Assembly: GCA_003427395.1 (NCBI GenBank)
Contig: BFEA01000004.1
Span: forward strand, 5,563,706-5,617,541
Reading direction: 5' to 3'
DNA: 53,836 bases
Origin: Chara braunii
Lineage: Eukaryota > Plantae > Charophyceae
Shown: piece after piece, positions 1 through 12,963 of the stretch
Numbering within the stretch: position 1 is the first letter of the stretch
Layout: every line of letters begins with the position of its first letter
Made by a program: the position numbers and the translations under genes
The notes under the pieces: generated by a model
What the model was told of the DNA's origin: nothing
Databases searched by the model: none
The model's input: only the letters and a program-made list of their open reading frames with translations

Positions 1-171
1 AGTTCAAAGAAGAATGAGAAATTTAATGGTTTCAATCTGCCCTTGTTTTTTCTTTTTCTTTTTCTTTTTATTTTTGCATGTTATCACTGTGCCCGTTTTT
101 TGCTTTTATTCTTTGTTCCGCAAAGTGCGCTCTTTTAGTTCGTAGTTATGTGACAATATGTATATATATGT

Positions 172-204
<33 letters not shown>

Positions 205-635
205 CCCCAATCTAACTAATTACAACACCCCCCCTCCTCGATGAAGTGTAGTATCCATTCCGATCAGTTTCATATCTGACCCGTGGTCCACCAGGAGTCC
301 TTTTAAAAAAGGAAAAAAAGAAAAAGAAAAACCTGCAAGTGTGCGCGCGCAAGCGAGCGCACGAGAGAGAGAGATTGAGAGAGAGAGAGAGAGAGAAGAA
401 AAAGAAAAACCTGCAAGTGTGCGCGTGCGAGCGAGTGCACGAGAGAGAGAGATTGAGAGAGAGAGAGATGAGAAAGAAAAGCGGCGCACCCCAATCCCAA
501 TCTAACTTCTAAATGCTCACCCCCACAAAAATCTAACTACCCCCGTAGTATTTGTTCTGATCATTTTCATATCTGATCCCTGGTCAATGGGGACCCATTA
601 AAAATAAAAACACGGTGTGTGTCTGTGTGTGTGTG

Positions 636-708
<73 letters not shown>

Positions 709-2378
709 AGAGAGACAGTCAAGTCTACCCAGAATTTCGCCTCCCACTTCCCCCTAACATTCCCCCTCCCTCTTCTCATATTTGTTTCTCCCCTTCATTT
801 TTTTTGCGTGCGAAGCTGCAACATATACCCTTGTATATGAGAGAATACTCTTATGACAGATGAGCAGTAGGGTCAGTTTCCTCAGGTTAATGGTTATTGA
901 TAAGTGCTAGCCCACCAGAGGGGCTTGGGTTTGAACTCTTGTCCAAAGTCCTCCCTTTTGGGATGCATCTGTGTGAAGGGTAGTATAGGCGCTACAGCTT
1001 AACCCGGGTGGGGTTAAGAGGATTAGCATTCAGTATCTGTATTTTGTAATGATTCTTTACGCGTTAAACCACCAGTACACTCAGAGCTGCAGGCACCTTT
1101 CTGCACACCAAGCTTCTCTGAACCGACTGCGCTGCACTTTTTCTCTTTTGTGGCTGGCGCCGCCAGCCATTGTCATGCGGTAGGCTGAGCCTCCAAAGGC
1201 TATGAGTTTCTTTTTCAGCAAGGCTGGGGCCGTGTACTTGCAGTGTAAGAGATTGTTGGGTTGAGTGAAGAGTGGTTAGCACCGGGGTTTGACATCATTG
1301 ACAGTGTGGTTTTAATTAACCGACCGCTGTTGCCTTGTGTTAAGCTGGAGGTGAGGAGTCAGACGTGGAATGATTCACCCGTTCCACCGCATGCCCTCAT
1401 CTTTTTCATTTTCATTTAAGAGGTTGTCTGAGTGCGGTTCAGGTGTGTTAGGTCCAAATGCATCTAAGACGCCAGCGACGGCCCAGCGCACCAAAATCTT
1501 CTCAGTGTGTCTGATTAGGAGTAGGCATTATGGGGAATGGATCGGACTAGTTGATGGTCGTCGTGTATAGAGTGGCTGACTTTACCTGTAAGTGAAACTA
1601 TTTGGCTTCCCAGTATCTCTGATGCAATGGAAATGCGCTCGCTTCTCTATCTATGATGGCGCTAATGTTTCTCTGTACTGTGTATAAAGACGACAACACT
1701 TGTCATGATCCCATGGATTTGGATCCTCTTTCTGTCTAGTTGTTTTCTGCGTTGTAAGGAAAACAATTATGGGTTTTTTACATTTGTCACGGAACGAGGT
1801 ATTTGGTTTTTCAGAACTTTTTCCTTCTATTGATATTCTTCACTGGCAAGTTTGACATTTGCCACTCAACGAGGTATTTGGTTTTTCTTTTTTGCTGGCA
1901 ATTGAAGAGGACAAGGAAGATGCTTTTTTTTTCCTCCTCTTTTTTTTTGCAAGTCACTGTCACTGCAAAGATGCTGGTTTCGTCACGTTCACACTTGCGT
2001 ATGTTTGCTGTTGTTGTGGCAGCAAGCATGTTTGCCGTGTCTGATGTGATTTGCCTGATCCAACGCATGGCTGGTGATTTGTTGAGTACAAGGAAGGGGG
2101 TTATAAAGTCGTTGTCCCTGCTATTATGCCAGCTTTCTCATGTACGCACGCATTCATGTTCGGTTTATTGTTGTAGTGGCAGCGAGTACGGTTTTCAGTG
2201 TCTGATATAATTTGCCTGATCGCATGTGTAATGCAGATCTTCAGTACAAGTTTTTGCTGTCATATTGTCGACATGGTGGACAAATGTGGATGGCTGCCCC
2301 TTGTCCCTGTGGTTGACTTCCGCAGAGTATGACCTCTGGCGATTTTCTGACTTGGTATTGTGTTGGCTTGTGCTACAG

Positions 2379-2481
2379 CGATGGGCAGTTTCTGGCAATG
2401 GCAGAGCCTCGCGACTTCATCCACATTTTTGACTCAAAGCAGGACTACAAACGCTCGCAGGAAATTGATTTGTTTGGTGAG
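2379..2481 (+). CDS. Penultimate exon of a WD40-repeat protein (DUF2415 / C2A9.03-like family)
   Basis: Acceptor tacag| at 2378 and donor |gtaagt at 2482. Encodes (S)DGQFLAMAEPRDFIHIFDSKQDYKRSQEIDLFGE, matching the plant family motif DGQFMAMAEPADFVH...QEIDFFGE. Splices in phase 0 to the exon at 5310. Confidence 0.88.
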
Positions 2482-4116
2482 GTAAGTGAACAGAATCTCT
2501 CTTGCCGGGGATGCGTTCCTTTGCTGCTTTATTGGCCGGGATCCAGAGACAGCGCTGTTCACTTCGATTTTTTTTTAAGTGATAGGAATATCTGGGTATA
2601 GGTGCTCCCTGTGAATGATAGAGAATTGCTCGTGTGTGCGCTTGTCGTGCCATGTTGAATGAAAGGTAATGAAGAGTGGCAAGGAAAACAGGATGTATCA
2701 AACCATAAGTACCAAAAAACATCTCCTCCTCCCCCTCCTCTTCCTCCTCCTCCTCCTCCTCCTCCTCTGCCCCTTGCTGCTGCTGCTGCTGCTGCTGTGC
2801 CTTGAATGTTGCTATGTGGCATGCTCAGGATCCCCCAGTGTCATCGTCAGCAATATGTTCCGTCACTTCCGTGGCATCATTGCTGTCACTGTTAATAACG
2901 CTGTTGCGTTTTTCTACCTCCCTGTTAGAATTGTCGCTGTTCTTGGTCGTCTTCATGCTCTCCCTCGCAGGTCATTAAGAAGAAGGGAAGGAGGAGAAAA
3001 AGACCGGGTGATTGAATGATTTTATCTGTACAGACAAAAGCATTCACTGTGGCCGTAATTCTTTTCGTTCTTTATTTTTTTCATGTCACGGGGACACAGT
3101 CTCCATATCAGGTGATGGGGTCATGCTCTCCCTACCAGTATGGCGCCATGCTTATCGTGACCCACTTTTGTTTTTAGGTCATGGGGCCCTAATGGAAGAC
3201 CCAGGTTAACTGGTCCCTCCCCCCTCCCCCCCCCCCCCCCCCCCCCCTCTAAACACACACACACTGTCAGGTCCTAGGCTTTGGGCCCTTTTATTTGCAT
3301 GCCATGCGGGGCTTGCATGTCATGCAAATAAAGCATCACAGGGGAAGACATGGGAAGAGCAACTGCCCAGTGGAACTGGCTTCTTCCTGAAGTAGGTGAG
3401 GATGAGGATGATCCTTGCTGTGTTTGGGCTACTGCTGAATCGGCAGAATCGCACGGTGGTTGTTATCTTATCCAATACAAAAGAGATACAAATCACTCAA
3501 ATGAGTCAAATCATGCACTTAGTATGGTTATTACGGGAAAAAAAACGGCACACGATAAAGTGAGTTGTTGGGGAAAGTTACGGAGAAGCTGTGGCTCTTG
3601 CGAGGGTGCCTCTTTCTCGTTCTTGTCTCTGCCTCTTCTCCGAGGAGGAAGATGGCCCCACATGAGTCCTGAACCGGTGGTTACACACGTCTCCAGTCTG
3701 CTGCAATCAGCTCATGCTGATGTTGATGACATGTCAACCCTTGTGTTTTTTTTTTAATTTGGATTCTTGACTTATGTGTCATCGTTTCGCAGGCTCCGCA
3801 GGGGCCATGCTAATCTTCATTCTCTATTTCGTTCCAATTTTAACGGATGTCCCGAAGGACGACATTTCATATTTCTCAACATGAACGATATGCTAACTCG
3901 TTTTGCTGAAGGGTTGGTCAACATGGGCAAACCAGAAATTAAGTAGTTCGGCCTATACGAATTGACGGTCCTCGGGAGTTCGAACGTGTTGGTTGTGTGC
4001 ATATGTGGTGATTGTAACAATGTGTCGATTCTATCGAATTGCGCATGCGACCGGTCTCTGAGGCTTCTGTTTTTTTTTTTTTTTTTTTTTTTNTTTTTTT
4101 TTTTTTTTTTTTTGCC

Positions 4117-4147
<31 letters not shown>

Positions 4148-4442
4148 TAACGGATGTCCCGAATTGCGCATGCAAAGGTCTCTGAGGCTTCTACCAAAGG
4201 TAAAATAGTAAAATTTGTCTCAAGAACTGTCAAGTACATAAACCTCACCGTGAGTATTCACTGGAATGCACTGTGCACTGTGACAGCACTGGAGTGGAAC
4301 GTTTGCAGCGGAGGGACCACGATTCTGAGGGTCACACGATTCAAGCGACTTTTTTTTTCACTTCCATTTCCTTCGATGAAGAATTGTAAAGAAAACAAAA
4401 AAAAAGAGTCATGGGCTTAGGGTAGAAAGAAAATATCGGAGA

Positions 4443-4545
4443 GTACCAACTGGCCTAGCTCAGATCCTGGCCTAGCTCAGTTGGTACACTCCCCCGGAAC
4501 TGAACTCTGTTGAAACACAGACCCGAGTTCGAACTCCCTCCGAAG
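4443..4545 (+). mobile_element. tRNA-derived SINE-like head
   Basis: A-box-like TAGCTCAGTTGG, stem-loop CTGTtgaaacACAG and B-box-like GAGTTCGAACTC. Homologous copies at ~10309, ~15500 (-) and ~36773. No closing acceptor stem. Confidence 0.65.
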
Positions 4546-5309
4546 CAAATGAGTGAAATGAGTGAATTCTGAATTACCTAGGGGCGGTCAGTTCGATGAT
4601 GATGTCTCCAGGTCAAGCAATGTTTTCGCCTGCCAAAAAGAAAATGGCACGAACCAAACTGTGAGTGCATATTTTTATTTTTTTGGAAAATTTTCCCCTC
4701 CTTGCGGTGGCCCTGTACGCCCAACCATTTAGTCCAGGAAGGCTAGGGTCAGCATAAACACCAGGGTTATTGAATAGGTTTTCTGGGGTGGTAGTGGGTT
4801 TAAAGTTGAAACCTCCTGAGGGCTCTATTAGTCTGTTATACCGTGGCGGAACTTTGCGGCTCTGTTTTCGTTTCAGTGGCAGTTCATCTCTTATGAAACG
4901 ATACTGCTCTCTCATGGTCCAGTCAGTGGGAAAGGCGCTACCCTCTTCAGAGTCTTCACCTTAATAAAACGCCCCGTCATTATAGCTGTATCTGGAGTCT
5001 GGACTGATTAAAATTGCACCAAATATGGCTATAAAGGCCAGGTGTTCCGTTGAGGTGAAGACGGTAGTGTGCTGAGACATCTGTTAAGTGTGTGATGGCA
5101 CACAGTACCTCATCCAGGTATCAGAAGTTTGAAGTTTGGACGTCACACGAGGAAGGGTACCATTATCAGGTGGGGACTCTGGTGTGCATTAGATAGAGAG
5201 ATTTATTGCCCTGAACGTTGCAAGATCCCACTGTTGGGCGTGGACGTTTGTGAAATTGAAGCTGATTCATGTTCGAATGTTTTCTTCACATCATTTCTTG
5301 TGGTTGCAG

Positions 5310-5435
5310 ATTGCAGGAATCTCTTTCAGTCCTGATGACGAGGCATTCTTCATTGGCGTGTCAGATAGATATTTTTCAAGTCTGCTCGAATACAACCGTG
5401 CAAGGTACAATGAGTACTACGATTGCTTCCTATAG
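5310..5435 (+). CDS. Terminal coding exon of the same WD40/DUF2415 protein
   Basis: Pyrimidine tract and tgcag| acceptor at 5309. Encodes IAGISFSPDDEAFFIGVSDRYFSSLLEYNRARYNEYYDCFL*, continuing the family motif GEI(S/A)GISFSPD.E..FIGV.DR...SLL.Y. Intron 2482-5309 is GT-AG. Upstream exons were not identified in this window. Confidence 0.88.
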   Translation: MAGISFSPDDEAFFIGVSDRYFSSLLEYNRARYNEYYDCFL

Positions 5436-5559
5436 TGTCCGTGAATTGTTCATGCGTGCACACACACACATACACACACACAGACAGAGAGATAGAGAAG
5501 GGGAGGGGGGGAAGGGGGAGGGATTTTGAAGGGGGGGGTGAAGAGGGGAGAGAGAGAGA

Positions 5560-5616
5560 GAGAGTAATATGTGGGCTTCGATCAAACTGTAGGTGAGAGA
5601 AAACATTCCTTGGAAG

Positions 5617-5675
<59 letters not shown>

Positions 5676-5770
5676 ATATGTGGGCTTCGATCAGACTGTA
5701 GGTGAGAGAGAGTAATATGTGGGCTTCGATCAGACTGTAGGTGAGAGAAAAACATTCCTTGGAAGTGCAT
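5560..5770 (+). repeat. Three-copy tandem unit interleaved with (GA)n, downstream of the WD40 stop codon
   Basis: gagtaatatgtgggcttcgatca(a/g)actgtaggtgagaga occurs three times. Confidence 0.85.
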
Positions 5771-7230
5771 ATGTATTGCCAAAATGAGAGGGGAAATTGA
5801 AAATGGTTAGCAAGTTACGTATATGGGCCTGCGCAGCTGGTTCTCTCTCCTTCAGTGGCCTTAATGTTGACCAAATCCTTTTCATCCAGTTGTCAGGCAT
5901 GGCAAATCCCTTCCCTTAGTGTATCAGTTAGTGAAAAATTTACGGTTTCTCCCATTGTGTAAGCCATGCAATAAAGCTCCGGAGCTTTCTATCAGACAGG
6001 CAGAATTCGTCAACATGCTAACGTTGCACAAGTTCTATTCGCGCGTCTGTTGTGTGTCCCGCACTCACGTGTTCCCACTCCTATGCGCAGTGATCCGCGG
6101 CTGTTGTCATCCAGTAAGTTGTGGGGCTCTTTCCATGAGTGAGCGCATCTCCGCAAGGGTGGGGAGAGGAGGGGTGGTGGTAGTAGTACGAGTAGCGGTC
6201 GGAATTGGGGGGTTATGAGGGGTAATGGTGGTGGTACAAGCCGCTGACAACGCGAGGTGTATGCAGGTTGGCAGAGTTAGTCCTGCCAATAGCAAGAAGG
6301 AAAAGGATTGGAACAGAAACATTACTACACCCGTGTGCTTTGGAGCTCTGCTCTCTGTACGGGGAGAAACGCCTGCGATTCGTGTGTCGATGTCCTTGAC
6401 ACGCTCACGGCATAAACGATGTTCTCAGCGATGGGACGGCGAACTTTCAGCAGACGGTCAGCGTTTCTTTGGCGTTCTGTTGGTTTTTCTCAGCAGGAGG
6501 TGCAGGTGTTGGACAGGCTCCATGGTCATCATGTGGTTCGAGGTTCGAGGTTCGTATGAGAGAAGCACATCATGTTGTTGAAAGTGTTCGATAAGCACAT
6601 CAGGTAACCTTTTCTGTTGCTAGTGTATGAAGCTTGGCAGTGTCAGAAGTGCCTTAGCTTTCCTAGCACTTAGCGCGGTAACGTCATTGGCAGCGATTGG
6701 TAAAGCGTCTTAGCTGTGCCATCTCTCAGGCAAGGGAAGATCCGGTTAACTTGGTGAAGCGATGGCAGTGGCAGACAACACCTCAGCGTGCAGTCTGTTG
6801 AATGAGATTTGGAAGATGCCTACGAAGGCATCGAAGCAATTGTTTGTACAGGATCGCCAAAAACTGGGCGGGGGTGTGAGGAAAGAGGGTTTGTAGGCTG
6901 TTCGCGAGGGTGGGAGGATGCGCCAGGCTCACCGGAAGAGTACCAGAAGGACATATGTTGTGGGAGAGGACAGCCAAACAAGGCGACGCGATATTGTCCG
7001 ATGTGTTTAACATGTGGTGAAGGAAGAGGGGGGTTTGTGATGCTTTGAAGGGTGCCAGCACATTCGAGGCTCACCGGAGTAGCACCACAAGCGCATGTGT
7101 TGCGGGAGAGGACGGCCAACATGGTAGAGCAGTATTGTCCGATGAGAGAACATGTGGCGAAGTAAGAGTATTTCTGGCGTACGACTAACTGTCAATCTGA
7201 CACAATTGAAAATGGCTAGCTCGGTGCGGA

Positions 7231-7582
7231 GGGGGGCAATTTCTACAGGGAATCACAATTCAATGGTCTGGATTCTCTCTTCTGGGAGGAAGGAGATTTT
7301 AGACTACCACGGAGTACAACATACATATCCATCAGCACAGAGATGGCTGCAGAGCACACTCTAATTGCTTCAGAAGTGTGATGATCGGTGCCAAGTTTCT
7401 CCTCGGTGCAGAGGGGGGGGCAGTTTCTACAGGGAATCACGATTCAACCGCCTGGATTCTCTTCTGGGAAGAAGGAGATTTTAGACTACTACAGAGTACA
7501 ACGTACATACCCATCAGCACAGAGATGGCTGCAGAGCACACTCTAATTGCTTCAGAAGTGTGATGATCGGTGCCAAGTTTCT
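7231..7582 (+). repeat. Tandem duplication, 2 x ~180 bp
   Basis: ggggggca.tttctacagggaatcac...gtgatgatcggtgccaagtttct at 7231-7400 and 7414-7581. Confidence 0.9.
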
Positions 7583-7801
7583 TGGCGAAGCACTGTGATG
7601 CACTGGCATTGTTCTTGTCTAGAGGTATTGTGATCAGTTCGAAGGCGTTCTATTGAGAAATCCTAGTGCAGCTACTCAGCAACCATGAGGCCCTCTCTTG
7701 TATCAATTGTACATACATAACTTGTGTGAGCTTTGGCAGCTACTGTAGACATGAAAAATGAGAGAGAGAGAGAACACTGCAAGAGAGAGAGAGAGAGAGA
7801 N

Positions 7802-7854
<53 letters not shown>

Positions 7855-9587
7855 CCAGTGGCACAGATGCTCTGCTGCCCCTCGAGAAGTTGTTGAAAAA
7901 GAACAAGTCCTTGAAGTATAGAAGGGCATTGTTGCTGCTCGAGTAGCTGTTTGCTAATGTACATTCCACATTTTGCTACCTACCGCGTGTGGTCGTGAAC
8001 GTTTGTGTGCTGAATGTTTTCATTCTTGTTAACTTTGGGGTGACTTTGTCGCTTTCATCTCATAGGCAGTATCAGAAGCTGTTTTCCGCTTCCTTTATGA
8101 AGCCGCCGCTGGATGGGAGCTGCCGGTTGGGTTCTTGGAAACGTCTCTGTCACCATATGTGAGGCTGGCTTATTATATGCCACAACTCAAGACCTGTGCT
8201 TTTTTTCCTTCTCTTTTTTTTCCCCCCCCTTCCCCCCCCCTCCCCCCTTTCTTTTTTTTTTTATCCTTCAATGAAGCGCTTGGTTTTGCATCACAGTTTG
8301 CTTGTCATGTCTTTTTGTTTGTTTGTTTGCTTGTTTGTTCTTCTCAGGTATATAGCTATTCAACCTAGGAGCAGCATCAGCCCCACGCATGTCCATGGAG
8401 TAGCTCTTTTTTTTCCCTTTTTCTGAGGTAGAGTTATTTGGCCCAATTTCTTACGTGTAGTTGATGTCAGCCACTTTGTTGTTCTATGCGTGCTCTGTCT
8501 ACCGTCTTCCACGAATAAAATGTGGTGTCATTAGTTACGTACCTAGACTGCAAGTTGTTCGAAATACCGGAATGAAAAATACGGGAATAATGACCGCAGG
8601 ACGTATGTTCTATCAACATTTGTTCGCTCATCAACATTCGTCCGCTCAACGTCAGTGGCCGACTGATTTGCTCAACTCTCCGCGATCGCCGCAATGATCA
8701 TTCCTTCGGTAGCTGAAGATGTTTTATTGATGTCCCATATGCAGCCTTCCACAGAAGCACTAAGGCCATAATAATGACCATACATTCTGTTCACGGGGAC
8801 GACGGTAGTTCATTCGCTCGTCAACGTTCGTTCTTTCAACATCGATGGCCGACTGATTTGCGCAGTCTGTCCAATGATCATTCCTTCAGTAGCTGAAGGT
8901 GTTTTATGCATGTCCCATGTGTCCTTTGACCAAAGCCGTAATTTTCTTCTTCCTACACGGATGGTGAAATCGCCTTCTTTCTGCTCAGCCGGTGGAGATT
9001 CCAATGAGAGACTGTGGATTGAAAATGCCGTACCTAGTACCTGCTGTGGGAACGAGAGAGGTATGCAGAGCGAGCAATGAAGGATTTGCAACTGCACTGA
9101 TTCCTACCCGCTTTCTACTTCACGCATTTCACACTGCGCGGTCACGGTCTATGCGATCAATCAGTCGTGAAATATGGACCCCCCATATCTTAGAGGTGGC
9201 CCGATGAAGCTGCGAAGGGCTGCTCGCTCTGTCTTCATCTTTTAGGATGCTTGACGTCGATGGTGTCATTCTTCGATGAAATGCAGAATGAACTGAGAAA
9301 AGTCGATTCGAGTCGCGAAGAATTTCTGGCATAACGACAACAGGGTATGTTGTTATGTAGTGGTGAGTTTTGGGAGACCGTCATTCGTCCAGAGTAGTGA
9401 GAAGGTGTCATCAAGGTAGTGACTCTAGTGAGTGTATCACAGCAGTGTCCTTCAAACTTCTACTTATGTAGACCCTTCCTTTCTTTTCTTTCTTTTTTTG
9501 ACAATGCTCCAGTCTATTCATCAGGAGCAGCACGTGCCAGGAATCGGGCCCAGAGTGCTATATGAGAATTTTGAAGAACAATTTGAG

Positions 9588-9905
9588 GTACCGGGCTGGA
9601 CTACCAGCCGTGCCGCCCAGGTACCAAGGCTGGCATGGGACCCGCTCAGGACAACTGGCCGGGCAACCGGGCTGCATGGGGTCCCGGACGGGATGCAATT
9701 TCTGCTCTCCCCCCCCCCAAATAAACACCGGATTTGGGTACCTCACGGTGGGGGCAGAACAGCCCTACCATCAAAAAACCAAAAGAAAAACGTTTCGACG
9801 GGGGTTTGACCTGCTCGGGTCACCTGCGCGGGTGGGTCCCAGTTGCACTGGCCCAGCCGCACGGCCGAGCAGCCTGGCCAGCGCGGATCTGGTAGCCCGG
9901 GTATC
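9588..9905. mobile_element. Probable MITE with GC-rich inverted ends
   Basis: gtaccgggct...ctaccag at left versus ctggtagcccgggtat at right; internal tgggacccg versus cgggtgggtccca. Confidence 0.4.
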
Positions 9906-10308
9906 GGAGCCATCACCCTGTTGTTCTTGTAGTTCGGTGGACCCCATCGTGTTGAGCTGGGAATCTTCCTCTTGGGTGCAGATTGAATAGGCCGCATGCA
10001 GTCCCCAGTTTGTCAAAGGTTCATTCACCAGGAGCAATAGTGCAGAATTTGCGAGAGGGGGTCAGGAACTCGTGGTTTAATTTCTGCTGTCCTGTCGATT
10101 ACGTGTGAAGGTACTGCCAGGTCACTCGTTTACCAGTGTAGTCATTGTAGCTAGATAGTACATACTTTTTATGCATGTGGGGGATTAGATGGGTTTGATT
10201 TTGTTTTTTCTTTTTTTTTTGGGGGGGGGTTGGAGGGGGAGGGCGGGGAGATGTTTGATTGTTTTTTTTTCAGGCTTCCCGAACAGAGTTGGGGGGGAAA
10301 TGGGGGAA

Positions 10309-10380
10309 GTACCAGTGAGCCTAGCTCAGTTGGTACACCCATGAACTGTTGAAACACAGACCCAAGTTCAAATCCCGATG
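10309..10380 (+). mobile_element. tRNA-derived SINE-like head (same family as 4443)
   Basis: gtaccagtgagcctagctcagttggtacacc...ctgttgaaacacagacccaagttcaaatccc. Confidence 0.65.
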
Positions 10381-11080
10381 GACCTAGGTCGGAGATGTAT
10401 GGTCTGCATTTCGTATGTGGGCGTGTATATGCAGCGAAAAGGTGGGCTGGAGAAGAAGGGGTGCAGTATGTCATGGAAATCTTTGTGTACAGGATTTGTT
10501 ATTTCATGTGCCACATGCTGCCCAAGGAAAAAGCAGAGAAGGGTTCAATTTGGAATTTGGAATTTTGGTTACCTGGATTTGGAATTCTATGTATCTTCGA
10601 CAACCTGTGTATACACGGTGGTTAATATGATGTCAAAAAAAAAAGGGGAAAAAAAAACGAGTGTGGCAGCATGTGGCACTTATCCATGCTGTCTGAGTGC
10701 TGATGACAAGCAGAAATTTTCTTAAAATGTGGCACAAGCAGCCATTCTCTCCGCAGTGGTACGAGTGCCCAATTGTGACATTCTTATTCCTGTCTCCCCC
10801 TCTTTGGAGAACTGTTATAGGTAGTTGGTCCCCCATGGGAGACAAATAATACGCAAAGGAATCAAAGTTGAGGAGAAAGATGATATGAGTTTTACTATCA
10901 TGGCGTTATCACCTCCCCCCCGACATCTCCTTGATCGCCGAACACCATCAAGGATCTCAGCCCATCGGATTGAGAGAGAGAGTAATAGGTAGTTGCTCCC
11001 CGATGGGTTGGCTACGGATTTCGGCTGCGCTCTGCCCTACGTAGTTACTTGCTCTGTTCTTAAGCTCGTGTTTTTTTTCT

Positions 11081-11133
<53 letters not shown>

Positions 11134-11295
11134 CAATGCCCTCATGCTATGCTTGAGAAGTCAGCACTTTTGCAATCAGGCTGACACTCTTTGAGGGTGG
11201 ACAGCACACCGGGGGCAGTGAAGAGAGCTGGTGAGATGTGCAGTCGAACTCGCAAAGCTGTGCAGAACGAGTGGAGCGGTGTGCATGGTCGTTCA

Positions 11296-11342
<47 letters not shown>

Positions 11343-12925
11343 TGATGTCTGTGAAAATAAATGTGTATCCATATCTCCAGTACAACACAGCTGTGCCCCC
11401 AAACAGCCACCTCGCAGGAGAAAACCATGCGCAAACACTCTACCATGCGCAAACACTCGAGGACAATTCTTACTTAGCTCTTCATTGGACAGAATGAATG
11501 TTGGAAGCGTGGAAGAAGTACAGGGAACAAGTACGGAGAAACGACAAGGATAATGACATACTGTTTCGTAGGGATAGCACTGGATGCCGAAGAACCCTAG
11601 ACACTGCAGAATCCCCACACTGATGTTCCGAGTCACGGGGCCTAGAGTCTAGACTGACTTTTCATGAGTGACGCCTCGCTCCACTTACACCCTTCTAGAG
11701 GTGTCAGAAAGCAGTCTCGAAGGGCGCACTCACGAAGCATCTAGTGTAGTTGACAGCCTGCAACGCTTTGGATTTCTAGTGTCCTCCTTCCTTTTTTTTA
11801 AGGCCCTTGTGCAAGGCCTCTATCCCAGTGGCCGATGATGCTTTTCTTTTTGACGAGTGTGCCAGGTGTCCCGTCGTCAGTATGGTTGGCGCTGTCGCGT
11901 AGTGCTCTAGGAACAAAACGAGTCCCCAACTGCTTACACTGATGCTTCTCCCTAGAGAGGAACGCTCCCCTACCGATGTTATTTTACATCCCACAGCTTC
12001 GGCTTAAGTCCCGTTCATCTTCGGCGCGAGAGCGCTTGATCAGTGAGCTATTACGCACTCTTGTCAGGATGGATGCTGCCTGCTGGACCGAGGCCGATAA
12101 TCAGCTGGGCAGAGGAAATCCCAATCAGCAAGGCAAGGGTGAGGCAATTGAAGAGGGCACTGCAAGGTGGGAAACGGAAGGGGCAGGTGAACAGCCAGCC
12201 AAATGACAAAGCAAGCAGCTGGGCAGCATCATGGGCAGCAAAAGAATAAGTCAAGAGGCGCTACACGGGAAGCAGCAGCGCCACACATTGGGTGGAGGGC
12301 ACAGGGGAGGAGGGAAGGCTGCGGAGCCTGTCACCCTCTTGGCAGTCCTGGAAGAAAATGACCTGGATCGCAGTGTTTGATCTTGAGAGAAATTCCCATC
12401 AAACCACCGGACGGATACCTCAGCGCTGACACGGCTGATCAACTTCTTGATCTGACAGATGGACTTAGGACGACTGGACTGCTGCCACACACCATTGCCG
12501 GGACAGAACACAGATGCACTAATAGACGATCGAACACCCATTACGTGGTCACAGCAACCCCACCCCTCGCCTCCCCCCTCTCCCCCAATCACCCCCTCTA
12601 CCCCAATCACCCCAGCCCCCCCTAGTACCCACTACCCCTAACTCAAAAAACGTGGTGATTCAGACAACTGGACTGCTTCCACACACCATTGCCAGGACAG
12701 AACACGGATGCACTAATAGAGGATCGAATGCCCATTACCTGGTTACAGCAACCCCGCACCCCCCCCTCCCCTCTCATCCCAGACCCCCGGTACCCCTATC
12801 TCACCCTCCACCTACCCCCACCCCTCCCAACAGATCCCTNNNNNNNNNNNNNNNNNNNNNNNNNNNNNNNNNNNNNNNNNNNNNNNNNNNNNNNNNNNNN
12901 NNNNNNNNNNNNNNNNGGATAAGGG

Positions 12926-12963
12926 CTGTCTCTTATACACATCTAGATGTGTATAAGAGACAG
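12926..12963. other. Nextera mate-pair junction adapter (two inverted 19-bp Tn5 mosaic ends); assembly artefact
   Basis: Exact CTGTCTCTTATACACATCT+AGATGTGTATAAGAGACAG, 10 bp from an N-gap. Confidence 0.97.

Noticed and set aside
4469-4545. Functional tRNA gene
   Set aside because: No acceptor stem closure, irregular arm spacing and several diverged dispersed copies, so SINE-like.
12926-12963. Genuine Tn5/IS50 transposon ends or horizontal transfer
   Set aside because: Exact synthetic mosaic-end junction adapter beside a gap.
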